A DNA stretch of 64,000 nt from an uncultured Holophaga sp. GTDB taxonomy: Bacteria; Acidobacteriota; Holophagae; Holophagales; Holophagaceae. The notes under the pieces are model-generated. The model saw only the letters and a list, made by a program, of their open reading frames with translations, did not search any database and was not told the DNA's origin. The stretch covers positions 3,168,001 to 3,232,000 of the forward strand of contig OY761614.1 in NCBI GenBank assembly GCA_963664825.1. The letters run 5' to 3'. Shown here piece by piece: positions 19,081 to 29,514 of the stretch. The position numbers and the translations under genes were made by a program. Position 1 is the first letter of the stretch; the number at the start of each line of letters is the position of its first letter.

Positions 19081-20295
19081 ATGAAGATCCTGTTGGGCGT
19101 GACGGGGGGCATCGCGGCCTACAAGGCCTGCGAACTCGCGCGGATGCTGGTGAAACGAGGCCACGTGGTGCGCTGTTGCCTGACGGAGGCCGGGAGCCGC
19201 TTCATCACGCCCCTGACGCTCGCGACCCTGACCGGAGAACCCTGTTTCGGCGCCAACCCCGAATACCATGAATGGCGGGCCAATCCCCGGGTGGAGCATG
19301 TGGATCTGGCCCGCTGGGCCGATCTGGTGGCGGTGGTCCCGGCCACGGCCGATATCCTCGGCAAGACCGCCCGCGGGCTGGCCGACGATCTACTCTCCAC
19401 GATCCTGCTGGCCACCACGGCCAAGGTGCTCTGGGCCCCGGCCATGAACCGGGCCATGTGGGCCCACCCGGCCGTCCAGGCCAATGTGCGAGCCCTGCGC
19501 GGCTTCGGCCACCTCCTGGTGGAACCCGCCGAGGGCCTCCTGGCCTGTGGTGAGGAGGGGGCGGGCAAGCTGGCGGAACTGGACCTGATCCTCGAGGCCA
19601 TCGAAGCCAGTGGGCTGCCCCATCACCGGAGGCTGGAGGGAGTGCCCATCCTCGTGACGGCCGGTCCCACCCGGGAGGATCTGGACCCCGTGCGCACGCT
19701 CACCAATCGCTCCACCGGGGCCATGGGCATCGAGATCGCCCGGGCCCTGTGTCAGGCCGGCGCCCGGGTGCATCTGGTCCTGGGGGGGGAACTGGCCGCC
19801 CCGGCGGGGGTCGAGACCACCCGGGTCCGCAGCGCCGATGAGATGCTGGCGGCATGTCGGGCCTGCTGGCCCGGGATGGGCGGTCTGGTGGCCGCGGCGG
19901 CGGTGGCCGATCAGCGCCCCGAGACCTTCTCCAGCCAGAAGGTCAAGAAGCGGGAGGGGCCCGAGACGCTTGTGCTGGTGCGCACTCCCGATATCCTGGC
20001 CACCCTGGTCGCCGAAGGCAGGCCCGCACAGTGGGCCATCGGCTTCGCCGCCGAGAGCGAGGATCACCTGGCCAACGCCGCGTCCAAGCTCCGGAAGAAG
20101 GGGCTGGACGCGGTGCTGGTCAACGATATCTCCGAGGGCCAGGGCTTCGGCGCCCAGGCCAACACCCTGACCCCCGTCACGGCAGAGGGCCCAGGCCTGC
20201 GACTGGGCCCCCTGCCCAAGGATCGTCTGGCCCAGGCCGTGGTGGCCTGGCTGGGGGATTTCCTGGAAGGCCGGGAGCCCTCAGGAGGCCTGTAG
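19081..20295 (+). CDS. coaBC: Bifunctional phosphopantothenoylcysteine decarboxylase/synthetase
   Basis: GVTGGIAAYKA, PATA, PAMN, LACGEEG.GK, TAGPTREDLDPVR.LTNRSTG.MG, GFAAE. Confidence 0.95.
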   Translation: MKILLGVTGGIAAYKACELARMLVKRGHVVRCCLTEAGSRFITPLTLATLTGEPCFGANPEYHEWRANPRVEHVDLARWADLVAVVPATADILGKTARGLADDLLSTILLATTAKVLWAPAMNRAMWAHPAVQANVRALRGFGHLLVEPAEGLLACGEEGAGKLAELDLILEAIEASGLPHHRRLEGVPILVTAGPTREDLDPVRTLTNRSTGAMGIEIARALCQAGARVHLVLGGELAAPAGVETTRVRSADEMLAACRACWPGMGGLVAAAAVADQRPETFSSQKVKKREGPETLVLVRTPDILATLVAEGRPAQWAIGFAAESEDHLANAASKLRKKGLDAVLVNDISEGQGFGAQANTLTPVTAEGPGLRLGPLPKDRLAQAVVAWLGDFLEGREPSGGL

Positions 20296-20547
20296 CTAGT
20301 GCCCGAAGACCATCTCCTTGACCTCGAGGCCTTCGATGGCGGCGAGCTGCTGGGCCATCTCCTTCCGGATTTTCGCTTCTCCCACGATCTCCAGCAGCAC
20401 CAGGCCCTCGGGCGAGCTGCCGATCTCGTGCAGGCCCAGGCGGGTCTTGATGTGATCGCCGAAATGAGTGAAGACCTTCTGGAGCGCCCCGGCCTCCTTC
20501 ATGCGGTCGGTGACGTGGATGCCGAGAATGACATGGTCCGGCTTCAT
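20296..20547 (-). CDS. Small ACT/NikR-C-like protein resembling the TM1266/hydrogenase-maturation-associated family
   Basis: 83 aa, ILGIHVTDR..LQKVFT.FG..IKTRLGLHE..GLVLLE; AGGAGG upstream. Confidence 0.55.
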   Translation of the reverse strand: MKPDHVILGIHVTDRMKEAGALQKVFTHFGDHIKTRLGLHEIGSSPEGLVLLEIVGEAKIRKEMAQQLAAIEGLEVKEMVFGH

Positions 20548-20688
20548 GGGGCCTCCTGGATGTGGGTGGGATGGGCCCCCATGCTAGGGCCATGGTTGCG
20601 GAATGGCAAGGCCGCCCTGGCAGGGCCGCAGCCTGGGGAAATGGGCTATTCAAGGGTAAAGTGAAGGCGCCCCTTCTCCCAGGACCCC

Positions 20689-23600
20689 ATGCTCGAACTG
20701 ACCTATTCCAATCGCACCGAGGCCCTGCTCGAGCGCCTCGCCGAGCGGGTGAAGGCCGATCGGGCCCAGGGCAAGGGCCCCTGGGAGCCCATCGCGGTGG
20801 TGGTGCCCAATCCCTACCTCAAGGAATACCTTCGCCTGGGTCTGGCCCGGCGCCTGGGCATCGCCGCCAATCTCCACTTCAGCTACCTGGCCGGACTCTG
20901 GAAGGAACTCCTGGGCGAAGGCGCCCATTCGATCCTCGACTTTGCCGTGCTGCGGGCCGGGTTGCTGCGGGTGCTGGGGGATCGGGAACGCCTCTCCCAG
21001 GAGGAACTGAAGCCCGTCCTGGATTACCTGGGGCCCCAGGAGGGGAGCCTGAAGCGCGTCCAACTGGCCCGGGAACTGGCCAAGGTCTTCGAGGAATACC
21101 AATTGAGCCGCCCGGACTGGATCGAGGCCTGGCGCGCCGGGAAGCACGCCAAGGGCGCCGATCCCGTCCTGGAGGCCTGGCAGTCGCGGCTATGGATGGA
21201 CGTGGTGCAGGCGCTGGACGCCTCGACTCAAGGAGGGCCACACCTCACGCTCCTGGAGCGGGTCCGGCAGGGCGGCTTCCAGGGGATGCAGCTGCCCCGG
21301 TCCATCCATGCCTTCGGATTGAGCCATGTGGCCCAGGCCTACCAGGAGATCTATCGGGCCTTCGTGCCCCTGGAGGACACGACCCTCCACATCTACGCCC
21401 TGAATCCCTGCTGCGAATTCTGGGAGGACCTGACATCAATGGATCTCCCCTCCCGGGAAAAGGCCCGGATGGGGGCCTGGGACGAGACTTCGGAGGACTT
21501 CTACGCCCTGTCCTCCCAGGGGCCCCGGGCGCTTCGCCTCTGGGGGCGGCCGGGCCGGGAGAATATCCGGCTGCTCAACGAAGTCAGCGAATGCGATTTC
21601 ACGCCCGAATTCGAGATCCCTCTGCAGCCCACGCTGCTGGGGCAGATGCAGCGGGATATCCTGCACTTCGAGGAGCCCTCGACGGGAGACGCCCAGCCCG
21701 ACGGGAGCATCCGCTGTCTGGCCTGTCCGAGCCTGCGCCGGGAGGCCGAGGTCGTGGCCACGGAGATCTGGCGCCTGCTGGAGCTGCACGGGCCAACGGA
21801 GGCGCCCCTGCGTTTCTCGGACATCGCCGTGGTGGTGCCTCCGGGGGAGCAGGAGGCCTACCAGGCCCATCTCCAGGCGGCTTTCCACGATGCCCACCGT
21901 ATCCCCATGGTCCAGAGCGACCGGGCGCTGCCGGTCATGCGCCAGACCCTCGAGGCTGTCCAGATGCTGCTGGCGCTGCCCACCTCCGGCCTGACCCGCT
22001 CGGCCCTCCTGGGCGTGCTCCAGCACCCTGGCCTCCGGCGGCGTTTCCCCCAGATCGACCCCAGCCTTTGGGGGCGATGGTGCGAGGAATACGGCATCGT
22101 CCGGGGCGCGGACCGGGCCGCCTGGGCGGGCACCTACCTGGACCGGGATGTGCTGAACTGGGACCAGGGCCTCAAGCGGTTGGCGCTGGGAGCCTTCATG
22201 ACCGAGGAAGCCGAGTTCCAGCTGGAGGCCGAATCCTATCGCGTCAATGGGGCCAGGGAACAAGGTTCTGTGGCCACCTTCATGGCCCTTGTCCGGGGGC
22301 TCTGCGCCGATGCCCAGGGCCTCCTAGCCACCAAGACCGATCCCCAGAGCTGGATCCAGCGCCTCTGGCGCTACCTGGAGAGGTGGCTGGAAATCGATGA
22401 AGGGGAGGAGGCCGAAGCGGTGCTCAAGGCCCTGGACCGGATCCGGACCTATCTCGAGCGCATGTTCGAGGGGGTCCCGGTGGAGCTGGAGATGGCCGGG
22501 ATCGATTTCACCGCGGCGCGCCACCTGGCGCTGGAGGCCCTGGAACGGCTCCAGGACGAGCAGCCCGCCAATCTCACCAAGGGCGTCGTGATCGCCACCT
22601 ATGCCACCATGCGGGCCATTCCCTTCCGGGCCATTTTCCTCATGGGCCTGGGAGAGGGGAGCTTCCCCACCCGCAATACCCGGAGCGCCCTGGATCTGCG
22701 GGCCAAGGGAAGGCGCCCGGGGGACGTGAGCCAGACGGAAAAGGAGAAGTATCTCTTCCTGGAGCTGCTGCTCTCGGCGAGGGAACACCTAGCCTTGAGC
22801 CACGTGGCCCTGGACGAGCTGAGCGGCGAGGCCTTCGAAGCCTCCGGGCTCTACAAGGAATTCCGCTCCCTGCTGGGGGATTACCTGGCGCCAGTCTGGG
22901 CGCCTTCAAACCAGGGCGATCCCTTCCTGGAAACCCATCCCCTGCGGCGCTTCGACCCGGTCTATTTCCCCGAATGGTTTCCCCAAGACGCCGCCCAGTC
23001 AGGGCTTCGCTCCTATTCGGCCCTCGCCGAAGGCGAGGCCCGGGCCCTCTGGCTGGGTTCGGAGGCTCGGCGCCACCGGATCCTCCTGCCCTCGACGGTG
23101 GGCGAGCTGGAACTGGATGGCCAGGACCTGGCCCGGCTCCGGGAGCTCCTGGCCACTCCCGGGTTGCCCAAGGGCCATGGGGAGGGGGAGGTCCTCGCCC
23201 TGAGCCTTCAGGATCTCAGGACCTTCCTGGAATGCCCCTTGTCGGGCGCGGCCGCCGTGCGCCTGGGTTTGCGGAGACGGGACCTGGAGGACCGGAATTC
23301 CCTGGAGGACGAACCCTTCGAAAGCGAATTCCTGGAGGCCTGGTCCCTCCAGCGGGACGTGGCCTTGGGAGCCCTGCGGGGGGGCGCTTCCCCGGAAGCG
23401 ATCTACGACCAGCATCTGCGGCGCCGCCAGGACGAGGGCGCCGCCCCCTTCGGCGTGTTCTCCCAGGTGGAAAGGGACCGGAACCTCCAGCCCATCGAGG
23501 CCTGGGTGGCCTATCTGAAGGGCCATGGGGAGGGGCAGATGCCCAGTTCCTGGCGCCTGGGGACCCCTGGGGCGGGGAGGGACCCGGCCGACCATGTCCT

Positions 23601-24210
23601 CCCGCCGCTGGTCTTCAACCTCAGCCTGGATGGGCGGCCCCGCAGGGTGGAACTGAGGGGCGATCTGCGGGTGCAATTGGGGGGGTCCCTCTACCTGGAA
23701 TCGGGCAAGGTCCCCAGTGAGGGATCCATGGACCGGCTCCGGAAGAAGGCCCTTTCCGCCTTTATCGATCATCTCGTCCTGGCCTGCGTGGATCCCGCCC
23801 ACGGCGAGCACCGGGCCCGCTTCGTCTTCGAGAAGTCCAAGAAGGCTCCCAAGGGCGCTAGTGAGCCCATCCAGGAAGCCCAGTTCTGTTTCCCGGCCCT
23901 GGAGCGATCCGAGGCCGAGGGGCAGCTCCAGGCCTGGATCCAGGATCTGCTCACCGGGGACCACGGGGTGCTGCTGCCCATCGAGGCCGTGCTGGACGCC
24001 TGGGCCAAAAAGGAACTCAGCGCCGATTCCATCCGGGCCTTCGTGGATGAGGCACTGGAGAAGGGCGAGCGGTCCTACCTCAGCACCCTGAGGGGCCCCG
24101 TGCCCGATCCCACGCGCTTCCCGCCGCCTCCGGAGCCCACGGCCCTGGTCGAAAGACGGCTGGGTGCCTTCCTGAGGGTGGTGTGTCCCACCCTCCAGGA
24201 GCAGCCCTGA
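20689..24210 (+). CDS. recC: Exodeoxyribonuclease V gamma subunit
   Basis: YSNRTEAL, VVVPN, NPCCEFWED, REAEV, RAIPFRAIFLMGL..G.FP, YLFLELLLSARE. Confidence 0.9.
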   Translation: MLELTYSNRTEALLERLAERVKADRAQGKGPWEPIAVVVPNPYLKEYLRLGLARRLGIAANLHFSYLAGLWKELLGEGAHSILDFAVLRAGLLRVLGDRERLSQEELKPVLDYLGPQEGSLKRVQLARELAKVFEEYQLSRPDWIEAWRAGKHAKGADPVLEAWQSRLWMDVVQALDASTQGGPHLTLLERVRQGGFQGMQLPRSIHAFGLSHVAQAYQEIYRAFVPLEDTTLHIYALNPCCEFWEDLTSMDLPSREKARMGAWDETSEDFYALSSQGPRALRLWGRPGRENIRLLNEVSECDFTPEFEIPLQPTLLGQMQRDILHFEEPSTGDAQPDGSIRCLACPSLRREAEVVATEIWRLLELHGPTEAPLRFSDIAVVVPPGEQEAYQAHLQAAFHDAHRIPMVQSDRALPVMRQTLEAVQMLLALPTSGLTRSALLGVLQHPGLRRRFPQIDPSLWGRWCEEYGIVRGADRAAWAGTYLDRDVLNWDQGLKRLALGAFMTEEAEFQLEAESYRVNGAREQGSVATFMALVRGLCADAQGLLATKTDPQSWIQRLWRYLERWLEIDEGEEAEAVLKALDRIRTYLERMFEGVPVELEMAGIDFTAARHLALEALERLQDEQPANLTKGVVIATYATMRAIPFRAIFLMGLGEGSFPTRNTRSALDLRAKGRRPGDVSQTEKEKYLFLELLLSAREHLALSHVALDELSGEAFEASGLYKEFRSLLGDYLAPVWAPSNQGDPFLETHPLRRFDPVYFPEWFPQDAAQSGLRSYSALAEGEARALWLGSEARRHRILLPSTVGELELDGQDLARLRELLATPGLPKGHGEGEVLALSLQDLRTFLECPLSGAAAVRLGLRRRDLEDRNSLEDEPFESEFLEAWSLQRDVALGALRGGASPEAIYDQHLRRRQDEGAAPFGVFSQVERDRNLQPIEAWVAYLKGHGEGQMPSSWRLGTPGAGRDPADHVLPPLVFNLSLDGRPRRVELRGDLRVQLGGSLYLESGKVPSEGSMDRLRKKALSAFIDHLVLACVDPAHGEHRARFVFEKSKKAPKGASEPIQEAQFCFPALERSEAEGQLQAWIQDLLTGDHGVLLPIEAVLDAWAKKELSADSIRAFVDEALEKGERSYLSTLRGPVPDPTRFPPPPEPTALVERRLGAFLRVVCPTLQEQP

Positions 24211-27200
24211 TGGTCCGCTACGCGAAGCCCGAGCTCCTGGAGCACCTGGGCCCCTCCCACTGCGCCATCGAGGCCAGCGCAGGCACCGGCAAGACCTATA
24301 CCCTCGAGCACCTCGTCATCCAACTGATCCTGGAAGGGGTGCCCCTGGAACAGATCCTGGTGGTGACTTTCACCCGGAAGGCCACCCTGGAACTGATGGC
24401 CCGGGTCCGGGAGAAACTGGCGGAATTGGTGGCCCTCCGCGTCGACAAGGCGCCGGAGGGGAGCCCCTTCTGGGACCTCACGCCCACCCGGGTGGAACTC
24501 CTCCGGGAAGCCCTGCTGGGCTTCGATCGGGCCACCATTTCGACCATCCACGGGTTCTGCCAGCAGGTGCTCCAGGATGCCGCCTTCGAGGGGGGGCGGC
24601 TCTTCCAGCAGGAGGCCGTGGCCAGCGAAGAGGCCTTTGATCGGGCCTTCACGACCCTCCTGCGCACCCACTACGCCACCGAGCAGAAGGGACTGCTGGA
24701 AGTGGCCCTGCGCACCCAGGGCGGGCTCCAGGGGATCCGCCAGCTCCTCCAGGCCGCCCTTTCGGAATCCGGGGGCCTGGATCTGCCCTCGTTCAGGGAT
24801 GGCCGCAGCTGCCTGGAAGCCTTTCCCGCGGATCTCGCCCAGGCCTTTTTGGAGAATCCCCAGCGGATTCAGGCCGCCTTCCCGAAAGGCTTCAAGGCTA
24901 TCGGCAGCCGCTTGGCAGAGCTCCTCCAGCGCCGGGAGGAGGCGCTGGATTCGGCATTCCCGGAGGCCTTCTGGCTGGATACGGATTGGCTCAAGGACAA
25001 ACTCCTGGAGGACCTCGGCAAGATCCCCCAAGAGGGCCTGGAAGAGGAGGCCGGGACCCTGCTCCGGGCCATGGCCGCAGTGGGCAATTTTCAGGGCCTC
25101 CTGGTGGCGGCCTGCCTGCCCCCGCTCCAGGAGGAACTGCGGCGCTTCAAGACCGAAGAGGGCCTCTACGACTTCGACGACATGATCACCCTGGTGGCCG
25201 AAACCCTCCAGGGGCCCCGGGGGGGGGGTCTTGTGAAGCGGCTCCGGGAGCGCTTCCGGGTCGCCCTGATCGACGAATTCCAGGACACGGATCGCAGGCA
25301 ATGGGAGATCTTCCGCCGGATCTTCCTGGATTCTCCCGAGGGCCATCGCCTCTTCCTGGTGGGGGATCCCAAGCAGGCCATCTACGGCTTCCGGGGGGGC
25401 GATCTGCCCACCTACGGGGCCGCCCTGGAGGCGGTGCGGGAGCGGACGGGGCAGGAGCCCCTGGCCCTGGACCGGAATTTCCGGTCGACCCCTGGGCTCA
25501 TCGAGGCCACCAACGCCATGTTCGAGGCCTCCTTCTTCTCCGAGGCCAATGCCGATCACTACCGGCACCCCGTCACCTGCGGGAGGCCCTCCCTGCGTCT
25601 CACAGACAGGGAAGGGCGGGAGCTCCCGGCCATCCGTACCGTCGATGTCCCCACCGGCAGGGCTAAGGCGCGGCAGACCAAGCTCCAGGCGGCCCGCGCC
25701 CTGGCCGCGGCCCTTCAGGAGACCCTCGCCACCGGGCAGTTCAACGGGACCGGCCCCCGGAAGGCCCTGCGCTTCGAAGATGTCTTCGTCCTGACCCAGA
25801 CCCTCAAGGAGGGCAGGCCCATGGCCCAGGCCCTGCGGGAGCTGGGCATTCCCTCGGCCCTTTATCGCCAGGGCGGGCTCTTCGAGGGGCCGGAGGCCGA
25901 GGCCTGCCGGGATATCCTGCTAGCCATCGAGTCGCCCCTGGATGAATGCCGGCGGGCCAAGGCTCTGTTGGGGCCATTTTTCGGGCTCTCCTTCGGGGAA
26001 GCCGAGAGGGCCCGGGAATTGCCCGAAGGCCATCCCATCCTGGCCCTCCTCTTCGGGTGGCGGGAGCTGGCCCAGCAGGGGCGCTTCGGGGAACTGTTCA
26101 ATCGCCTCGTCTCCGAGAGCGGCCTCAGCCTGCGCCTCCTCTTCCTGGAGGAGGGCCAGCGCACCCTCACCAATCTGCTGCACATCCTGGAGCTGCTCCA
26201 GCAGGAAGCCCTGGGATGCCACTGCACCCTGGCCGATCTGGCGATCCGGGTGCAGCGGTGGATCGAGGGCCAGGACCGGCCCGCCGCCGAGGATGGGGAT
26301 ACCCAGCGCCTGGAGCGCCAGGGCGGAGCGGTCCAGATCCTCACCATGCACAAGGCCAAGGGCCTCCAGGCCCCGGTCGTCGTGCTCTTCGGGGGCAGAG
26401 CCAAGGGCAAGGAAGGCCCCATCCACCGCTATCACGCCGAAGGGGACCGCAGGGCCTGGGTGGGGCCGGTGAAGGCCGCGCCTGCTGAGGTCCAGGCCTG
26501 GATCCAGCAGGAACAGCGGGAGGAATGGGAGCGCCTGGCCTACGTGGCCCTCACCCGGGCCGAGGCCCAATTGCTGCTGCCCCGCTACGTGCCTGGGGAG
26601 GAAGACCCCTCCCCTCACGGGAATTTCGATAAGACCGGCAACCCCAGGGAGGGGCTCTACCGGGTCCTGAATCTCCGCCTCCAGGCCCCCTTGGGTCCGG
26701 CAGAGGAGAAGATCGATCGGATTCCGGTGGGCCCCTGGGCCCCGGAAACGCCTGTCGCTGCGCCCACACCCTGGACGCTCGCCTTGCCCACGCCCTGGCC
26801 TCGGCCCGATTTCGAGGCCCTGCGCCGCCGGGGATGCCCGGTCTGGATGTTCAGTTTCTCGGGGCTCCAGCAGGGGCTGGGAGGGGAGGAGGCTCCTTCC
26901 GAAGAGGCGCGGGAGCCCGTGCTTCCGGGAGGGCCCAAGGGGGGGACGAAATTCGGCACCCAGGTCCATGCCCTGCTCCAGCGGGTGGATCCCACTTCCT
27001 TCCAGGGCCGGGACCCGGCCTCCTGGATGGCCCTGCCGGGGTCCATCGCCCTGGCCGAACAGCTCTCCCCGGAGGATCGGCCTGAAGCCCTGCGCTGGGC
27101 TTACCTGGCCATGACGCGGCCCATCCCGCTGCCCCAGGGCGGGACGGCCAGCCTGTATCAGGCGGAGGAATGCCTGCGGGAACTGGATTTCGTGACCCCC

Positions 27201-27587
27201 TACCCGGAGCGCCAGGATCTCCTCACAGGTTCCATGGATCTGCTCTTCCAGGCCGGAGGGCGGACCCATGTGCTGGACTGGAAGACGAACCGCTTGGCGG
27301 CCTACGACGAGGCCCATCTGGAGGAGGCGGTGCAGGGGCACTACCTCCTCCAGGTGAAGATCTATGCCCTGACCACCTGCCGCTTCCTGGGCATCCAGGA
27401 CCGGGAGGCATACGAGCGGGCCTTCGGCGGCATCGTCTACGTATTCCTGCGGGGCCTGCCCCTGGAGGAGGGCGTTTGGACCTATCGCCCCTCCTGGGAG
27501 GAACTTCAGGGCTGGGAACGGGATCTCGCGGCCCTTCAGCCCCAGCGGCTGATCCCGGCCCATGCGGGAGGCGAGCGCCATGGCTGA
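24210..27587 (+). CDS. recB: Exodeoxyribonuclease V beta subunit (helicase/nuclease)
   Basis: EASAGTGKTY, VVTFT, TIHGFC, DEFQDTD, VGDPKQAIYGFRG, TMHKAKGL, YVALTRA; nuclease motif G.MDLLF..LDWKTN. Confidence 0.93.
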   Translation: MVRYAKPELLEHLGPSHCAIEASAGTGKTYTLEHLVIQLILEGVPLEQILVVTFTRKATLELMARVREKLAELVALRVDKAPEGSPFWDLTPTRVELLREALLGFDRATISTIHGFCQQVLQDAAFEGGRLFQQEAVASEEAFDRAFTTLLRTHYATEQKGLLEVALRTQGGLQGIRQLLQAALSESGGLDLPSFRDGRSCLEAFPADLAQAFLENPQRIQAAFPKGFKAIGSRLAELLQRREEALDSAFPEAFWLDTDWLKDKLLEDLGKIPQEGLEEEAGTLLRAMAAVGNFQGLLVAACLPPLQEELRRFKTEEGLYDFDDMITLVAETLQGPRGGGLVKRLRERFRVALIDEFQDTDRRQWEIFRRIFLDSPEGHRLFLVGDPKQAIYGFRGGDLPTYGAALEAVRERTGQEPLALDRNFRSTPGLIEATNAMFEASFFSEANADHYRHPVTCGRPSLRLTDREGRELPAIRTVDVPTGRAKARQTKLQAARALAAALQETLATGQFNGTGPRKALRFEDVFVLTQTLKEGRPMAQALRELGIPSALYRQGGLFEGPEAEACRDILLAIESPLDECRRAKALLGPFFGLSFGEAERARELPEGHPILALLFGWRELAQQGRFGELFNRLVSESGLSLRLLFLEEGQRTLTNLLHILELLQQEALGCHCTLADLAIRVQRWIEGQDRPAAEDGDTQRLERQGGAVQILTMHKAKGLQAPVVVLFGGRAKGKEGPIHRYHAEGDRRAWVGPVKAAPAEVQAWIQQEQREEWERLAYVALTRAEAQLLLPRYVPGEEDPSPHGNFDKTGNPREGLYRVLNLRLQAPLGPAEEKIDRIPVGPWAPETPVAAPTPWTLALPTPWPRPDFEALRRRGCPVWMFSFSGLQQGLGGEEAPSEEAREPVLPGGPKGGTKFGTQVHALLQRVDPTSFQGRDPASWMALPGSIALAEQLSPEDRPEALRWAYLAMTRPIPLPQGGTASLYQAEECLRELDFVTPYPERQDLLTGSMDLLFQAGGRTHVLDWKTNRLAAYDEAHLEEAVQGHYLLQVKIYALTTCRFLGIQDREAYERAFGGIVYVFLRGLPLEEGVWTYRPSWEELQGWERDLAALQPQRLIPAHAGGERHG

Positions 27588-29487
27588 GGAACTCCTGCGG
27601 CTTCATCCGGGCTGGGCCCGGCTCCCGGCCAGGGCGCTGGATCTGGTGAGGGAACTCAACCAGGGCGGTGCCTCTCTTGTTTTGGCCTGGGAGCTGAGCG
27701 GTCTCATTCCGGGCTTGGACCTCCCCACCCGGGAGCGCTGCTTTGCCGTGGGCCTGGCCCTCCAGATCGTCCAAGGGCAGGGGCATACGCGCATGGCCCT
27801 GGTCCCGGCCCCAGGCAGTGCCACCGAGGCCCTCTTCCAGGCCCTGGGCTTGGGGGATTGCGATCTCGGGGGCTTCCTGCAAACTCCTGCCTTGGCCCCC
27901 CTGGTGGGCGAGCCGGGGGAGGCCAAGCCGCTGATCCTGCATGGAGGCTGGCTCTACTCCCAGCGGCTGCTGGGGCACGAGCGGGAGCTCTCCGAGCGGA
28001 TCACGGGGCTCTGCTCGGCGGCTCCTCGGGCCGTGGTGGCCGTGGATGAAGCGGTGTTCCGGGATCCCGTCACCCTCAATGGTGAGCAGCGCCAGGCGGT
28101 GGCCATGGCCCTGGAAAGCCCCCTGACCCTTCTCACGGGGGGGCCGGGCACCGGCAAGACCTCCATCGTCATCTCCATGCTTCGGGCCCTGCTCCGCCAG
28201 CCAGACATTGGCTTGGAGGATATTGCCCTGGCGGCGCCCACGGGGAAGGCCGCCCAGCGCATGGGCGAGGCCATCCGCAGATCCCTGGGGGCCCTGAAGG
28301 CGCCCTCCGACGTCGATCAGATGCTCGGGACGGCCCTCGAACCGAGAACACTCCACCGCCTCCTGGCCTGGCATCCGCTGGCGGAGCGCTTCTGCCATGG
28401 CCCCGGGAATCCGCTGCCGGCGCGGGTCGTGATCGTGGACGAGGCCTCCATGATCAGCCAAGAACACATGGGGCGGCTCCTGGCGGCCCTGGCTCCCGGC
28501 GCGCGCCTCGTTCTGCTGGGGGATGCCGACCAGCTGCCCAGCGTGGAAGCCGGGTGCGCCTTCCGGGACATGGTTTCCAGCCTGGCCGGGCACCGCGTGG
28601 AACTGCTCCAGAGCTACCGCATGAGCGATGAGGATCCCGAGGGACGCAATATCCTGTCGGTGGCCCGGGCCCTCAATCACGCTGAAATTGACAGCCTCTG
28701 GGAGGGGCCGGAGCCCATCCATTGCCGCGAGAGCCTCGCCCAGCTCCGCTTTGCCCAGGTGGAACTCCTGGAACCGGCCCAAGTGGGGATGGGGGCCTTC
28801 CTGGAACATTGGTTCGAGCACCAGGTGACGGGCCTTCCCGGCTTCCAGGCCCGGGTCCGGCGGGTATTCAACTTCCTGGAGGGCTCCTGGGCTACCGGGG
28901 AGGAGGAGGCCCTGGGCGGGCTCTTCGAACACTTCGACGGGTTCCGCATCCTCTGTGCCCTGCGGGAGGGGGAAGATCTGCGGGGCGTCCAGTCGATCAA
29001 CGAACGCCTCCACGGCTGGATGCTGCACCTCACCGGAGAAGGGCTCCGTGGCCAGACTCCCTTCTGCGCGGGGGAGCCGGTCCTCATGACCACCAACGAC
29101 TACCGGCGGGGGATCTTCAACGGGGATCAGGGGCTGATCCTGAAGGTGCGCTTCGAGGACCAGATCCGCCAGGCCGCCGTGTTTCCGCGATCCGGTGGCT
29201 GGACGGCCTTTCCCCTGGAGCCCCTGAAACAGCAGCTGGAGCATGCCTACGCCATGACCATCCACAAGGCCCAGGGTTCCGAATACACCCGCATCGCCAT
29301 CGTCCTGCCCCGGGCCAATCATCGCGCCCTCACCCGGGAACTCCTCTACACGGGCCTCACCCGGGCCCGGCAATCCGTCCTCCTGCTCACGGAACGGGAG
29401 CGGGTCTCCTTCGCTTCCAATAATCCCACCCGGCGGGATTCGGGATTGGCGGAGCGGCTTAGGGGCCGTGGCCGCGATGTAGGGTAA
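27580..29487 (+). CDS. recD: Exodeoxyribonuclease V alpha subunit
   Basis: TGGPGTGKT, APTGKAA, DEASM, GDADQLPSVEAG, AYAMTIHKAQGSE, ELLYTGLTRAR. Confidence 0.93.
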   Translation: MAEELLRLHPGWARLPARALDLVRELNQGGASLVLAWELSGLIPGLDLPTRERCFAVGLALQIVQGQGHTRMALVPAPGSATEALFQALGLGDCDLGGFLQTPALAPLVGEPGEAKPLILHGGWLYSQRLLGHERELSERITGLCSAAPRAVVAVDEAVFRDPVTLNGEQRQAVAMALESPLTLLTGGPGTGKTSIVISMLRALLRQPDIGLEDIALAAPTGKAAQRMGEAIRRSLGALKAPSDVDQMLGTALEPRTLHRLLAWHPLAERFCHGPGNPLPARVVIVDEASMISQEHMGRLLAALAPGARLVLLGDADQLPSVEAGCAFRDMVSSLAGHRVELLQSYRMSDEDPEGRNILSVARALNHAEIDSLWEGPEPIHCRESLAQLRFAQVELLEPAQVGMGAFLEHWFEHQVTGLPGFQARVRRVFNFLEGSWATGEEEALGGLFEHFDGFRILCALREGEDLRGVQSINERLHGWMLHLTGEGLRGQTPFCAGEPVLMTTNDYRRGIFNGDQGLILKVRFEDQIRQAAVFPRSGGWTAFPLEPLKQQLEHAYAMTIHKAQGSEYTRIAIVLPRANHRALTRELLYTGLTRARQSVLLLTERERVSFASNNPTRRDSGLAERLRGRGRDVG

Positions 29488-29514
29488 TCCTGACTTTTTG
29501 AGTAGACTTTGGCC

